A stretch of DNA of 64,000 nt, from assembly GCF_009914755.1 (NCBI RefSeq), contig NC_060927.1. One strand, written 5' to 3'. Source of the stretch: the human T2T-CHM13v2.0 reference genome, Homo sapiens. This document shows positions 19,405 through 41,741 of the stretch, piece by piece. The notes beneath the pieces were generated by a model. That model made no database searches. It was not told the DNA's origin and was given only the letters and a program-made list of their open reading frames with translations. Position numbers and translations under genes: made by a program. The first letter of the stretch is position 1, and each line of letters starts with the position of its first letter.

Positions 19405-19825
19405 TGTGGTGTGTTCTCTAGATGCCCCTCTTTAGTACAAACCACTTATTCCAGTTGCCAGGAATGTTGCCTGCTGACAGCTTACTGTATAGTGCCTCGC
19501 CAGACTGCGATTTTAGTTGTGGGTAGCTGCTTTGCGAAGTTTAAGTTCCTGCCTAAGGACAGATTGCATCCAATGACTGAATATTATGGGATATAAATGC
19601 ATCTCCCCTTTGCCTCAGTTTGGGACAATTCTGAATGGCCATCCTAGCTTCAGAGCTCCCTGAAGGACTGCTGAAGCCTCTGTTGCAACTGCATCACAAC
19701 CTAACTTCTCTCTGTGCCAGATCTTGCTTTTCTCACTGCCTTACACGTTTCTAAGAGCATTTGCCAATGAACCATCCGCACACAAGTTTGTTCCAGAGTC
19801 TATTTCCTGGGGTTCCTGGCCTACA
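19405..19825 (+). mobile_element. ERVL LTR, LTR16C-like
   Basis: TGGGACAATTCTGAATGGCCATCCTAGCTTCAGAGCTCCC...GCCTCTGTTGCAACTGCATCACAACCTAACTTCTC...CAGAGTCTATTTCCTGGGG matches recalled LTR16 consensus. Confidence 0.7.
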
Positions 19826-19963
19826 ATGGGCAATAATGATTGGGTGGTGAGGAGAGATGAGTTTTTCACATTTTGCTGTCTTAAGCAAACTTGAATAGTT
19901 TTTAAGAATCTATTATATCACTTTATTTTATTTATTTATTTATTTATTTATTTAATTTTTTGA

Positions 19964-20239
<276 letters not shown>

Positions 20240-20352
20240 TAGCTGGGATTACAGGCACGCGCCATCATGCCTGGCTAATTTTTGTATTTTTAGTAGAGAC
20301 GGGGGTTTCACCATGTTGGCCAGGGTAGTCTCAATCTCCTGACCTCGGGTGA

Positions 20353-20571
<219 letters not shown>

Positions 20572-20898
20572 TAAATTTGTGTTATCTTTTTTTTTTTTTG
20601 AGACATTGTCTTGCTGTGTTGCCCAGGCTGAAGTCCAATGGCACGATCACAGTCACTGCAGCCTCAACCTCCTGGGCTCATGCAATCCTCCCACCTCAGC
20701 CTCCTGAGCAGCTGGTACTGCAGGTGCTGCCACCATGCCTGGCTAATTTTTGTTTTTTTGTTTTTTTTTTGTAGAGATGGGGTTTCGCTATGTTACCCAG
20801 CCTAGGTGCTTAAATATTACCAACAAGTAGAAAACATAACAACAAAGTTATAGTGACTTTTAAATTTTAATTTAATTTTGTTATTATTATTATTACTA

Positions 20899-20932
<34 letters not shown>

Positions 20933-20934
20933 GA

Positions 20935-21411
<477 letters not shown>

Positions 21412-22108
21412 TGAGTGACCACACCCGGCCGGTGTCGATCTCTTGACCTCATGATCCACCTGCCTTGGCCTCCTAAAGTGTTGGGATTACAGGCATGAGC
21501 CACTGTATTATTTTTTTTCTAAGAGACAGGGTCTCCCTATGTTGTGTAGGCTGGTCTTGAACTCCTGGGCTCAAGGGATCCTCCTGCCTTGGCCTCCTAC
21601 AGTGCTAGCATTACAGGCGTGAGACACCATGCACAATCTATGTTGTAGAAACTTTAAAAAAAGAAACCCTCATGTCCTGCCCACATTCCCACTCAACAGT
21701 CTCACTACTGCAGTACAAGAGTCATTTTATTTCTACATACTTCCCTTCAGCAGGGATCATATACAGTCATATTTTTGCCTGGCTTGCTGTGGTGGAAAGT
21801 TTCACATGGTAATACAATCATTTATCATAAAGGTGAATTTTTCACTGCTCTATAAAGATGACTAAAGAAAGCAAGGTATAGCTGAACCAGAACGGGCATT
21901 CAGAAAACTCTGACAGCTGTTGTCCCAGCCTTGGGTCTAAAACAGGTTAACTTAGTTGTATCTTCTGTAAAAGGAAATTACTGGAGGAAGTTTGCTTAAC
22001 ATAACACAGCCTCTTAGCCAAAGCACCAGAACTGAAAACTAGGGTTCTAAGTTCTGGATTCCCAGTGCAGTATTTGTTCCACCAAGAAAGTCGCCCCCTT
22101 GCCCCGCC

Positions 22109-22999
<891 letters not shown>

Positions 23000-23215
23000 A
23001 GATGACTTAGAAGTTGCAATTTTCTAAATGCTGATGTGTTCTCTGATCAGAATCTTCCTCTGAGTGGGCACAGCAGGCTTCTGTTCCCTGGGCAGGGCAG
23101 AGGAATTCTTGTCCTTGGATGTAAAGAAAATAGGGAAATCTGCCCAAAGAATTAGCTGTGGTTCTTAATGCTCAGGAGTCTTCCTGGTTCCCCTAACTTT
23201 CCTCCAGAGTTCTAT

Positions 23216-23348
23216 TTTCTTTCTTTCTTTCTTTCCTTTCTTTCCTTGCCTTCCTTGCCTTTCCTTGCCTTTCCTTGCCTTCCTTGCCTTCCTTGCCTTC
23301 CTTGCCTGCCTGCCTGCCTGCTTTCTTTTCTTTCTTTTTCTTTCTTTC

Positions 23349-23446
<98 letters not shown>

Positions 23447-23452
23447 CTCTCC

Positions 23453-23483
<31 letters not shown>

Positions 23484-23485
23484 TT
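23216..23485. repeat. Compound microsatellite (CCTTCCTTG)n-(CCTG)n-(TTTC)n forming an Alu tail
   Basis: ~270 bp nearly pure pyrimidine tract with a long (TTTC) array, directly preceding a minus-strand Alu (23480-23764). Confidence 0.95.
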
Positions 23486-24024
23486 GAGACAGAGTCTTAC
23501 TCTGTTGCCCAGGCTGGAGTGCAGTGGTACGATCTTGACTCACTGCAACCTCTGCCTCCAGTTTCAAGACATTCTCCTGCCTCAGCCTCCTGAGTAGCTG
23601 GGATTACAGGCAGCCATCAGGCCCGGCTAATTTTTGTGTTTTTAGTAGAGACAGGTTTTCTCCATGTTGGCCAGGCTGGTCTCGAGCTCCAGACCTCAGG
23701 TGATCCACCCGCCTCGGCCTCCCAAGGTGCTGGGATTAAAGGCGTGAACTGCCACGCCTGGCCTGGAGTTCTATCTTTAAGTTTCTCTGTTCTCTGATCT
23801 TCAGAAGCTGCTGGAGAACATGGTCCCACTAGTTATTCACACACATCCATAAAACTCCCCACTTAAGAGTCAGAATGTCAGGTTGGCCAATGACCAATGA
23901 ACCACAAGTCGGTGGTTGGAAACTTTCTTCAAAAATGAGGAACTTAAAAGTTGAAGAGCCTGTGTTGGTTGTTCCAGGGCAATTGTCCTTTATTCTGACC
24001 CAAAAAACCTCATGTAGCTCTAAA

Positions 24025-25358
<1,334 letters not shown>

Positions 25359-25454
25359 TCGGCTGGGCACGGTGGCTCACGCCTGTAATCCCAGCACTTT
25401 GGGAGGCCGAGGTGGGCAGATCATGAGGTCAGGAGATCGAGACCATCCTGGCTA

Positions 25455-26120
<666 letters not shown>

Positions 26121-26320
26121 CCTGGCACGGCAGCTCACGCCTGTAATCTGCTGAGGCGGGCAGATCACTTGAGGTCAGGAGTTCAAGACCAGCCTGGCCA
26201 ATGTGGTGAAACCCTGTCTCTACTAAAAATACAAAGAATTAGCCAGGTGTGGTGGTGCACGTCTGTAATCACAGCCTGTAATATGCTGAGGTGGGCAGAT
26301 CACTTGAGGTCAGGAGTTCA

Positions 26321-26624
<304 letters not shown>

Positions 26625-26627
26625 CTA

Positions 26628-26984
<357 letters not shown>

Positions 26985-28111
26985 CTAGAGAGAAAAAAAG
27001 TAATGAACAAAAATAAGCAACAAAATAATAATTACATAGACAGGAAACATCTTAATTGAAACAAAACAAGACATTTTTCAAAACAAAAAAAATACACTTA
27101 ATAAGGAATTTGAAGTTAGCTATTGCTCGGTATGGTCCTGCCCTATTTCCTACTCTCTTTCTCCTACCCTCTGTCTTCATTAATTTATTTTTCTTTTTTG
27201 AGACGCAGTCTTGCTATGTCACCCAGGCTGGAGTGCAGTGGTGTGATCTCAGCTGACTGCAACATCTGCCTCCCAGCTTCAAGCAATTCTTCTGCCTCAG
27301 CCTCCAGATTAGCTGGGATTACAGATGTACACCACCATGCCTGGCTACTTTTTGTAGAGATGAGATTTCACGTTGTTGGCCAGGCTGGTCTTGAACTCCT
27401 GACCTCAAGTGATCTGCCCAACTTGGCCTACCAAAATGCTGGGATTACAGGCGTGAGCCACCACCCCCAGGCTGTTTGTCTTCATTAATATGAATGACAG
27501 CTTTTATTCTGTAACTAGGAGAAGAGAGAGAGACTGAGATGAAGAAAGAGAGGGGAAAGGAAGTTTGTTGAAGGAAGAAAGGGTATTTGGCTTTTAATAC
27601 TGATATTGACCTGGAGAGGAAAGGGGTCTAGAAAGGCCACTGCTTCATTATCATCTGGGGTTGGGGTAGGGGTTGGGGGAGTATGGTAAAATTATTCCCA
27701 CAGCAAACCTCTATGGGGCAGAAGACCACTAGAGACACTTTCAATGATGGTGCCCATCTGTGCAAGAGCTTAGAAGCTATAAAGTATACTTACATATGTC
27801 ATCTCATTTAATCTCTGAGAGAGAGGTCACTTGCCTACTCTGTCAGGTAATGCCAACAACAGCATTTCTAGATATATTGGTTAGTCTTTTTTTTCTTCTT
27901 CTTTTAGAGACAGGGTCTCACCCTGTTGCCTAGGCTGGAGTACAGTGGTGTGATCATATAGCTCACTGTAATCTAGAATTCCTGGGCTCAAATGATCCTC
28001 CTGTTTCAGCCTCCCCAGTAACACGGACTAACAGGCGGTGCCACCACACCCAGCTAATTTTCTTTTTTTTTGAGACAGAGTCTCCCTCTGTAGCCCAGGC
28101 TGGAGTGCTAG

Positions 28112-28525
<414 letters not shown>

Positions 28526-29462
28526 TAGAGAGAGGTGTTTTCCATGTTGCCCAGGCTGGTCTCCAACTCTTGAGCTAAAATGACCTGCCCATTCGGCCTC
28601 TCTAGGATTACAGGCATGAGCCACCATGCCTGGCCCCTAATTTTTGTTTTTTGATTCTTTTGTGGAGATGGGATCTTGCTCTGTTGCCTGGCTGGTCTTG
28701 CACTCCTGGCCACAAGTAAGGCGTCTGCCTTGGCCTCCCTAGTAGCTGGGATTACAGGCATGAACTACCATCCCCAGCCCTCTTGGTTAGCCTTATACTT
28801 CCTGATATTTGTTAGTTGCAATTTTGCAGGCTCCCTCTAATTTCAACATTTCTTGTTGCTTATGAGCAGAGAAAGGTAAGCTAAGATTTTGAAAATTTTT
28901 ATCTCCAGCCTGGACCTTTCACAGGAAATCTGGACTGCTAATTGAAAGCAACACTGGAATATCTAAACAAGCACTTCAGGCCAGGTGCAGTGGGTCACGC
29001 CTGTAGTCCCAGCACTTTGGGAGGCTAAGGCAGGCGGATGACTTGAAGTCAGGAGTTTGAGCCCAGCATGGGCAACATGGTGAAACCCCGTCTCTACTAA
29101 AAATACAAAACTTAGCCAGGCGTGGTGGCTGACACCTGTATTCCTAGCTACTGGGGAAGCTGAGGCAGGAGAATAGCTTGAAACTGGGGTGGCAGAGGCT
29201 GCAGTGAGCCGAGATCGAGCCACTGCACTCCAGCCTGGGTGACAGAGCAAGACCCTGTCTCAAAAAAAAAATAAAATAAAATAAATAGGCCGGGCGCGGT
29301 GGCGCATGCCTGTAATCCCAGCACTTCGGGAGGCCGAGGCAGGCAGATCGCCTGAGGTCAGAAGTTCGAGACCAGCCTGACCAACATGGAGAAACTCCGT
29401 CTCTACTAAAAATACAAAATTAGCCGGATGTGGTGGTGCATGCCTGTAATTCCACCTACTCA

Positions 29463-29567
<105 letters not shown>

Positions 29568-29863
29568 TCAAAAAAATAAATAAAAGGCCGGGCGTGGTGG
29601 CTCACGCCTGTAATCCCAGCACTTTGGAAGGCTGAGGTGGGCCGATCACTTGAGGTCAGGAGTTTGAGACCAGGCTGGCCAACATGGTGAAACCTCATCT
29701 CTACAAAAAATACAAAAATTAGCTGGGCATGGTGGCAGATGCCTGTAATCCCAGCTACTCGGGAGGCTGAGGCAGGAGAGTCACTTTAACCTGGGAGGTG
29801 GAGGTTGCAGTGAGCCAAGATCGCGCCACTGCACTCCAACTTGGGCAACAGAGTGAGACTCCG

Positions 29864-29864
<1 letters not shown>

Positions 29865-29914
<50 letters not shown>
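29865..29914. repeat. (CA)25 microsatellite replacing an Alu tail
   Basis: Perfect CA run. Confidence 0.97.
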
Positions 29915-29916
<2 letters not shown>

Positions 29917-30285
29917 TAAACAAGCACTTCAAATTTATGATGCCCAAACAGTCAGTCTGCTGAATTAGTTCTTTCTAGTTGCTTGTCTTGCAGTCTTTCC
30001 TATCTCAGAAAATGGCAACACACTATCCTTCCAGATGCTTAGACGAACACCTTGGAAGCAGCCTTCTCTTCTTGCTTCTCTCATATCTCATGTCCAACCT
30101 ATTAGAAAATCCTGTTGGTTTTATGTTTCAAACTGTATTCAGAATCCAATCACTTCTCATAACCTCCTCTACTACCATACCAGTCTTAAGTCTCCATCAC
30201 CTCTCATTTGGATTACTGCAATAGCCTGCTTAACTATCACATGTGGTAGGAGCTCAATAAATAACTGAAGAATGAATAAATGAAA
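29915..30285 (+). mobile_element. L2 fragment with 3' end; further L2 pieces at ~28890-28978, 31690-31940, 32320-32685, 33485-33680, 47990-48345
   Basis: L2 text (TCCATCACCTCTCATTTGGATTACTGCAATAGCCT...GTAGGAGCTCAATAAATAACTGAAGAATGAATAAATGAA). Confidence 0.75.
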
Positions 30286-30629
30286 TGCCACCCAGGTATG
30301 GGTTATCATTGGCTCTTTTGTGTCTCATGGTTAAACTAGAGACCCCTCACCATATTTTGGGAGAGAGCGGAAAGACATAATATTTGGGCAGGAAATACTG
30401 TGTGCCCACAGAGGAGGCAATGTGAAGGGAAGTTAACTCGATCATGAAACAGACAGGAGAGAGAAATCAGCGGAACTGTGGCTCTGAGGACTCTGAGTGG
30501 GACTCAGCAAAGGCACACCAGGCCACCAAGTGCCCTGTCCCTGCCGCTCTGACTGCCCATCCTTTGCTCCTGTAGAGCTTGACTGGATACCCTGTTTCCC
30601 TCTGCTGACCAATTCAACCCAGGGTCCTA

Positions 30630-30833
<204 letters not shown>

Positions 30834-30836
30834 TCA

Positions 30837-30938
<102 letters not shown>

Positions 30939-32041
30939 CTAAAAAAAAAAAAAGAAGCCAGCACAGGTGAATGACCCTCCCTTAGGACCAAGTGAAGAGA
31001 GCAGTTTCCTTCTGAGCTTTGGAGCTGCGTCCTCTAGAGGGAGGGAATTCAGTGGAGCAGCGAAGTTCTTCAAACTGGGGCGAGAGAGGGAAACTAAGGA
31101 AGGGTTGTAGGTGTGGCCTGGCCTGGGATCCTTTCTACTCTTGTGCCACTCTAGGGTCCATCCTTCTCCCTCTCCCTATAGGGGAGATGCAGAAGCTGCT
31201 CTCTAGAGCCTAGGTCTTCTGCCTGCTTTGGGAGTCCTTCCAGGAGTTTGTAGTTTGTTCCCCTGTCTCTTATTAGCCATTTTTTCAGTAGGTACCTAAG
31301 GCCTGGTTCCTTCCTCTTGGTCACTCAGGAGCTCTTCTCCAGACTGGCTAAAGCAGTATGGTTTGGGAAAAGCACTTGGCTGGGTCTCCTACATGTTGAG
31401 TTCAATTTCCTCCTTTGGGTGTGTTTTAGCTTCCAGCTGGGATTTTTGCCATAGTAATTATAACAACCACACTCTGCATAGAGACTCTAAAAGCTATATA
31501 GGCAAACACATAAATAGAAAGGAATTCCTAAGGCAAGCCAAGTAGTTATCAGAATCTCCACCCCTACCAGAGTCGGAAGCTCTGTACTTGCCTCCTGGTA
31601 ACTGCTTAGTGAGAATTATTTAGCCAGCTTGGATTCTTTCTACAACCACATTGAAATCAGATATCCTGAGGGAAGGGGAAGGTTTATCCCACCCCAACCC
31701 TGTTCCTCTCCAAGCCTTTCTCATCTAGCCAACAGCACTGTCATTCACATGTCTGCTTGAGACAAAAACCTAGAGGTTTGCTTTTATTCTTCCTTGTCCC
31801 TCACCTCTCATCTTATCAGCAAAGCTTATTGCCTCTACAAAATGTGCCTGGAGTCTATCTTCTTCTCCTCACTATTGGGTGTCAACTGTGTTCATCTTGG
31901 ACAATTGCTAACTGATCTCCTTGCTTCCACTGTTGGTTCTTTCTTTCTTTCTTTCATCCTTTCTTCCTTCCCTCCCTCCCTCCTTCCTTCCTTCTTTTCT
32001 TTCTTTCTTCCTTTCTTTCCTTTTTTTTTTTTTCCTTTTGA

Positions 32042-32143
<102 letters not shown>

Positions 32144-32685
32144 TGAGGAGTTGGGACTACAGGTGCACACCACAATGCCCAGCTAATTTTTGTATTTTTT
32201 GTAGAGACAAGGTTTTGCCATGTTGCCCAGGCTGGTCTTGAATTCCTGGGCTCAAGCTCTTCACCCTCCTCGGCCTCCCAAAGTGCTGGGATTACACGCA
32301 TGAGCCACCGTGCCCAGCATCTGCTTCCACTTTCATACTGCTACGTATCATTCTCCCCATAGCTTCTGGAGCCATCTTTTAAGACAATAAATCCCATCAT
32401 TGCCTTGCTCACAACCCTTGTTGGCTCTTGCGGCTATGAGGAGAATGAACTCCTACTGAACTTTTGATCATTTCAGACTTCTTCATGGCCCAAGAGGCTT
32501 TAATGTGGCTCAGCCTTCCTCTCCAACCACGCTTCTTAGGGCTCTCCCCCTCAGCTACCTGACCGTCTCTGTTCCTCAGTGTGCCAAGCTTGTTCCTGTC
32601 TTCAAGCCATGGGATTTGTTGTTGGCTATGCTTAAAATGCTCTATGAAGATTTCCTCATGGCTGACTCCTTGGTATTTAGGCCTG

Positions 32686-33483
<798 letters not shown>

Positions 33484-33949
33484 GCTACTGCCACAGTGCA
33501 GTCTTCACTGACTGCTCTCTATGTATTAACCACTCCTCTACACCCCAAACAGCTATTCTCTACCATTTCAACATCTGCTTCCTCATAGCACCTGCCATTC
33601 TCTTGTTCCTTGATGTATTTGCTCACTTGCAGCCTTATAGAAGAATATAAGCTCCCTGAGAGCAGAAGTCTTGCATGAAGGGAGACCAGATGGAAGGCTG
33701 TTGCACAAAGGTCTGGCAGTTGCAGACAGAAAGGCATTGGCTATTTAGAGACATGTGTAAGGAGGGAGAGGTTGGTATTTAGTGATTGATTGACTATGGG
33801 GGATGACAGGATGAAGGTGGACACTGGGTTGCCAGTCCATCTCAGATCGAGGACTGGCATGGGACTGAGGGTATGCATACTTTAGGATTGCCTGGCAAAG
33901 GCCACGCTCAGACCTGTCCTACTGGAGGGGTAAGTGGTGCTTACCATAT

Positions 33950-34830
<881 letters not shown>

Positions 34831-35167
34831 CCCAATCTTTTTTATTTCATGACAGAATTTTTGAAAAAACAAAGAAAGTTGTAGAATGTCCCCACATTTA
34901 GGATTTGTCTGATGGTTTATTCACATTGTTATTTAACTTCTTCCTCTACTTCTTGTATTTCCTGTAAAATAAAAGTCAACTCTGTAGCTTCAATTGGATT
35001 TGAGTTTGCTTTTATGGTAAGAAGTTTTTCAAAGGTCACATTGTAGGCTGGGCATGGTGGCTCACACCTGCAATCCCAGCACTTTGGGAGGCCAAGGCAG
35101 GTGAGTCACTTGAGACCAGCCTGGCCAACTTTGTGAAACCCTGTCTCTACTAAAAATACAAAAGTTA

Positions 35168-35332
<165 letters not shown>

Positions 35333-35516
35333 TTATATTGCATCATACCAGCAGGGACATCATGTCAGGTTGCCCCACCATTGGTGATGTTACATCTGAA
35401 GATTGTGTTCAGATAGTAATTGCCAAGTCCCTCCATTGTAAAGGCTCTTCCCTCCCTTTGCTATTAATATGCACAGTAATGGAGTAGTATGGGATAACCC
35501 TTGGTCATCATTCTAA

Positions 35517-35554
<38 letters not shown>

Positions 35555-37039
35555 GAGATAGGGTCTCACTCTGTTGTCCTGGAGTGAGGGAGTGAGATCC
35601 TGGAGTGAGGCTGGAGTACACTGGCTCAATCTCAGCTCACTGCAGCCCCAACTTCCTGGGCTCAGGTGATCCTCCCACCTTGGCCTCCCAAGTAGCTGGG
35701 ACTACAGGTGCATGCCACCACGCCCAGATAATTTTTGTATTTTTTTTGTAGAGACAGGATTTCACCAAATTGGCCAGGCTGGTCTCAAACTCCTGGGCTC
35801 AAGTGATCTGCCTGCCTCAACCTCCCAAAGTGCTAGGATTACAGGTGTGAGCCACTGTGCCTGGCCAATAAAAATGTTTACATGGCAAATATTATGTGTT
35901 AGTGGAATTATTCTTTCTGTATTTTCCTGAAGGGTCACCTGACCAGATTGGTTTTCTGGCCTCTTACAGGGTTGGTTCTGGCTTCTACATCTGCCTGTGG
36001 AGCTCAGTCAGGGGACCTGCCTTCTATAGGTATATCAGCTCTGGGCAAAAGGGACAGAACTAAGGGTTTGAATTTGTAGAAATGGATTCTAGATCTTAAG
36101 GCATGGTGAGCCCAATCAGATGCAGCCTTTCTGTGGGTCTTGTTCAGGAAACCTGAGGGCCTCCCTGAAGGACACCTCTATTACGAAGCTCTTTACCTGC
36201 AGCACACTGCAAACAATCATTCAGGGAATAATGACATAACCACATACCCTCATCTTCAACCAAGATCATCAAGTGAGGCATTCACATAGGAAACAGTTCT
36301 GCCACAAAGAACACAGAATTACAATGGAAAAAAAAAGTCCATTATGATGCCCACCAGCAATGATATGAAGATCAAATGGCAAATTGTCGTAGAGTAAGCA
36401 CCATAATAAATTTGTTCTCTTAAAAAAAAGTTAACTTTTATAGCATTTTGGAGGAATATTGACATCTTTGCAACACTGGTTTTTTTTTTTTTAATCTTAA
36501 AAAATTTTGAAGCTGGGTGCGGTGGTTCATACCTGTAATCCCGGCACTTTGGGAGGCCGAGGCGGGTGGATTACCTGAGGTCAGGAGTTCAAGACCAGCC
36601 TGGCCAACATGGTGAAACCTCGTCTCTACTAAAAATACAAAAATTAGCCAGGCATGGTGGCACATGCCTGTAATCCCAGCTACTTCGGAGGATGAGGCAG
36701 GTGAATTGCTTGAGCCGGGGAGACGGAGGTTGCAGTGGCCAAGACTGTGCCACTGCACTCCAACCTGACCCACAGAGCAAGACTCTGTCTCAAAAAAAAA
36801 AAAAATTTGAAGCAGATTTTATTTTATGGAACTGTTTAGACTTATATAAAAATTGAAGATATAGGCCAGGCGTTGTGGCTCACACCTGTAATCCCAGTAC
36901 TTTGGGAGGCTCAGGCGGGTGGATCACTTGAGTTCAGGAGTTCAAGACCAGCCTGGCCAACATGGTGAAACCCCATCTCTACTTAAAATACAAAAATTAG
37001 CTGGGTGTGGTGGCGTGCACCTGTAGTCCCAGCTACTTA

Positions 37040-37144
<105 letters not shown>

Positions 37145-37426
37145 TCAAAAAAAAAAAAAAAAAAAAGAAAAAATTGAACATATAGTTACCCCTTTACTCC
37201 ACTCTGTTTCTCCTATTATTCCTATTATTAATCTTATGTTAGTATGGTCCATTTGTTCCAATTAATTAACCAATATTGACCAATGATTATAAATGAAGTC
37301 CACAGTTTATTCAGATTTATTTATTTATTTTTAAATTTAGGGACAGGACCTTCCTCTGTCAGCCAGGTTGGAGTGCAGTGACATGATCATGGCTCATTGT
37401 AAATTCAAACTCCTGGGCTCAAGTAA

Positions 37427-37621
<195 letters not shown>

Positions 37622-37678
37622 TGAGTAGCCAAGATTACAGATCCATGCCACTATGCGCGGCTAATTTTTGTGTTTTTA

Positions 37679-37801
<123 letters not shown>

Positions 37802-37950
37802 TTAATTTTCACCTAATGTCCTTTTTGTAATCCCGGATACCATTCAGTGTATCACACTGCATCTAGTTATCATGTCTCCTTAGGCTCCTGTTGGCTTGGG
37901 GTGGTTTCTCGGATTCTCCTTGGTTTTGATAACCTTGACAGTTTTGATGA

Positions 37951-38226
<276 letters not shown>

Positions 38227-38800
38227 TGAGACAGAGTCTCGCTCTGTTACCCAGGCTGGAGTGCAGTGGTGGGATCTTGGCTCACTGCAACCTCCTACCT
38301 CAGCCTCCTGAGTAGCTGGGATTACAGGCTCCCGCCACCACACCCAGCTAATTTTTGCATTTTTAGTAGAGACAGGGTTTCACCACGTTGGCCGGGCTGG
38401 TCTCGAACTCCTGACCTCAGATGATCCACCTGCCTTGGCCTCCCAAAGTGCTGGGATTACAGGGCGTGATCCACCGTGCCTGGCTGGTGGTTATAGGTTT
38501 TTGGGAGGAAGACCACATATTCATCACATCATATCAAGGTACATACAATCAACATGAGTCATCACCGTTGATGTTGAGTTTGGTCACCTGGCTTCATCAG
38601 GTTTCGCTACTGTAAAGTTACTTTTTTTTCGCCCTTTCCACAGTGTTCTTTTTGGAAGGAAGTCACTATGCCCACTCCTTAAGTGTGGGAGTTATGTTCC
38701 ACCTCCTTGAGGAGTATGTCAGCTTCCTAAGGCAATGGTGACAAAGTACACAAACTGGTGGCTTAAAAGAACAGAAATGTGTTCTCTCATGGTTCTAGAG

Positions 38801-39139
38801 CAGCAGTCCTCAACCTTTCTGGTACCAGGGACCAGTTTCATGGAAGACAGTTTTCCCACAGATGTGGGGACTGGGGGATGGTTTTGGGATGAAACTGTTC
38901 CACCTCAGATCATCAGGCATTAGTTAGATTCTCATGAGGTGTGTGCAACCTAGATCCCTTGCATGTGCGGTTCACAATAGGGTTCACGGTCCCAAAAGAA
39001 TCAAATGCTGTCACTGATCCGACAGGATGCAGAGCTCAGGCAATGCTCATTCACCTGCTACTTACCTCCTGCTTTGCAGCTCGGTTCCTAACAAGGCATG
39101 GACTGGTATTGGTCCTCAGCCCAGGGGTTGGAACCCTTG
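38801..39139 (+). mobile_element. MER1B (hAT-Charlie non-autonomous DNA transposon)
   Basis: 339 bp, termini CAGCAGTCCTCAACC / GGTTGGAACCCTTG, perfect 8-bp TSD TTCTAGAG (38793-38800 / 39140-39147). Confidence 0.9.
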
Positions 39140-39226
39140 TTCTAGAGGCTAGAAGTCTGAAATCAAAATGTCAGCAGGGCTATGCCCTCTCTGAAGGTCC
39201 TAGGGGAGAATTTGATCCATGTCTTC

Positions 39227-39623
39227 TGTCTTAGTTCATTTTATGTTGCTATAACAGAATACCTGAGACTGGGTAATCTACGAAGAACATAGACTTATTT
39301 GTTACAGTTCTGGAGGCTGGGAAGGCCACGTTCAAGGGCACTGCATCTGGTGAAGGCCTTCTTGCTGCTCATTCCATTGTGGAAGGCAGAAAGACAAGAG
39401 AATATGCTTGAGAGAGAGAAGGGAATGGGGGTCAAATTTATTATTTTATCTGGAGCCCGCTTCCAAGATACCTAACCAACTCCCACAATATGGTATTAAT
39501 TTATTGATGAGGGCAGAGCCCTCATGACCTAGCAATCTCTTAAAGATCTCATCTTTCAACACTGGTATACTAGGGATTAAGTTTCCAACACATGAACTTC
39601 GGGGACACATTGAAACCACAGTA
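39227..39623 (-). mobile_element. MST-family MaLR LTR (MSTB-D-like)
   Basis: TGTCTTAGTTCATTTTATGTTGCTATAACAGAATACCTGAGACTGGGTAAT...GAGGGCAGAGCCCTCATGACCT...GGGGACACATTGAAACCACAGTA. Confidence 0.85.
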
Positions 39624-39888
39624 CCTTTCTCTTAATTTCTGGTGCCGCTGGCAACCCTTGGCCTTACAGACACATCATCACTCCACTCTCTGCCTCTGTG
39701 GGCACATGACGTTCTCCTTCTGTTCTCTTTGTCTTTGTCTGTGGCTCTCCTCTTCTTATAATGACATCAGTCGTACTGGGTTAGGGCTCACACTAAATAT
39801 CTCATTTTAACTTGATTCTACCTGCAAAGACCCTATCCAAATAAGGTCACAGGTACCAGGGTTTAGGCTATAACATATCTTTTTGTAG

Positions 39889-40175
<287 letters not shown>

Positions 40176-41249
40176 TGATCCGCCCACCTCGGCCTCCCAA
40201 AGTGCTGGGATTACAGGCATGAGCCACCACGTCTGGCCTAATTTTTAAATTATTATTATTATTTTTTGGAGACAGGGTCTTTCTCTGTTGCCCAGACTGG
40301 AGTGCAGTAGCGTGATCTTGGCTCACTGCAGCCTCGACCTCCCAATCTCAAGCAGTCCTCCCACCTCAGTCTCCTGAGTTGCTGGGACTACAGGTGTGTG
40401 GCACTATGCTGGCTAATTTTGTTTATTTTTTGTAGAGACGAGGTCTCACTATGTTGCCCAGGCTGGTCTCAAACTCCTGTACTCCTCCTGCCTCAGCCTC
40501 CCAAAGTGCTGGGATTACAGACATGAGCCACTATGCCTGGACTATATATATTATTTAGAATTCTTCTGCAAAGAAGATTTATCACTTCTCTCTCATTTAA
40601 TTGTTTATTTATATCAGTGTGAACTACGACCTTGCTATATTTATTTATTAGTTCCTGAAGTTGTTTTGTCAATTATTTGGGATTTTCTGCATAGACAGTC
40701 ATGTCATCTGCAGCTCCTTCGCAATCTGCATTTGGTTCCTCTTCTTGGCCTATCACAGTAGCCGGGACATCTAATACAATGTTGAGTAAGAGTGGTAAGA
40801 GAGAAAATCCTTGCCTTATTCCCAATTTTAGGGGGAAGGCATCCAATTTTTTACTACTAACTATAATGCTAGCTGTAGGTTATTTTGCCCATTCTGATAA
40901 TCTCTGTCTTTTATTTTGTGTATTTAGGCTAGTCACATTTCAAAAATATTTTAAAAATAGACTTTGTTAGAGCAATTTTAGGTTTTCAGTAAAACTGAGC
41001 TAAAAGTACAGAATTCCAAATATTTCCTCCCAGTCTGTGGCTTGTCATCTCATTCTCTTGAGACCATTCACCTTTAAAGTGATTATTGATATAGGCCACC
41101 CCTGCTTCCACCCTTTGGTTCCCAGGCCCAGGAGGACTTCCCTACCCATTGCAGTTTAATATTCACCATGTTTGTAGCTGTTTTCTACTTGTTATATCCT
41201 CTTCCTTCTTTTTCTGCCTTTTCTGATTTTAATTGAGCATTTTATATGA

Positions 41250-41741
<492 letters not shown>

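Noticed and set aside
23168-23597. Hydrophobic (FLSF)n and charged (KKER)n ORFs, also at 5657-6050
   Set aside because: Artefacts of TTTC/CT microsatellites, which lack stop codons.
35933-35944. GGTCA-CC-TGACC palindrome resembling an estrogen response element
   Set aside because: Spacer is 2 bp, not the 3 bp required for a canonical ERE.
36400-36430. AATAAA followed by a short A run resembling a retrocopy 3' end
   Set aside because: No upstream coding similarity or TSD; adjacent sequence looks like a decayed MIR.
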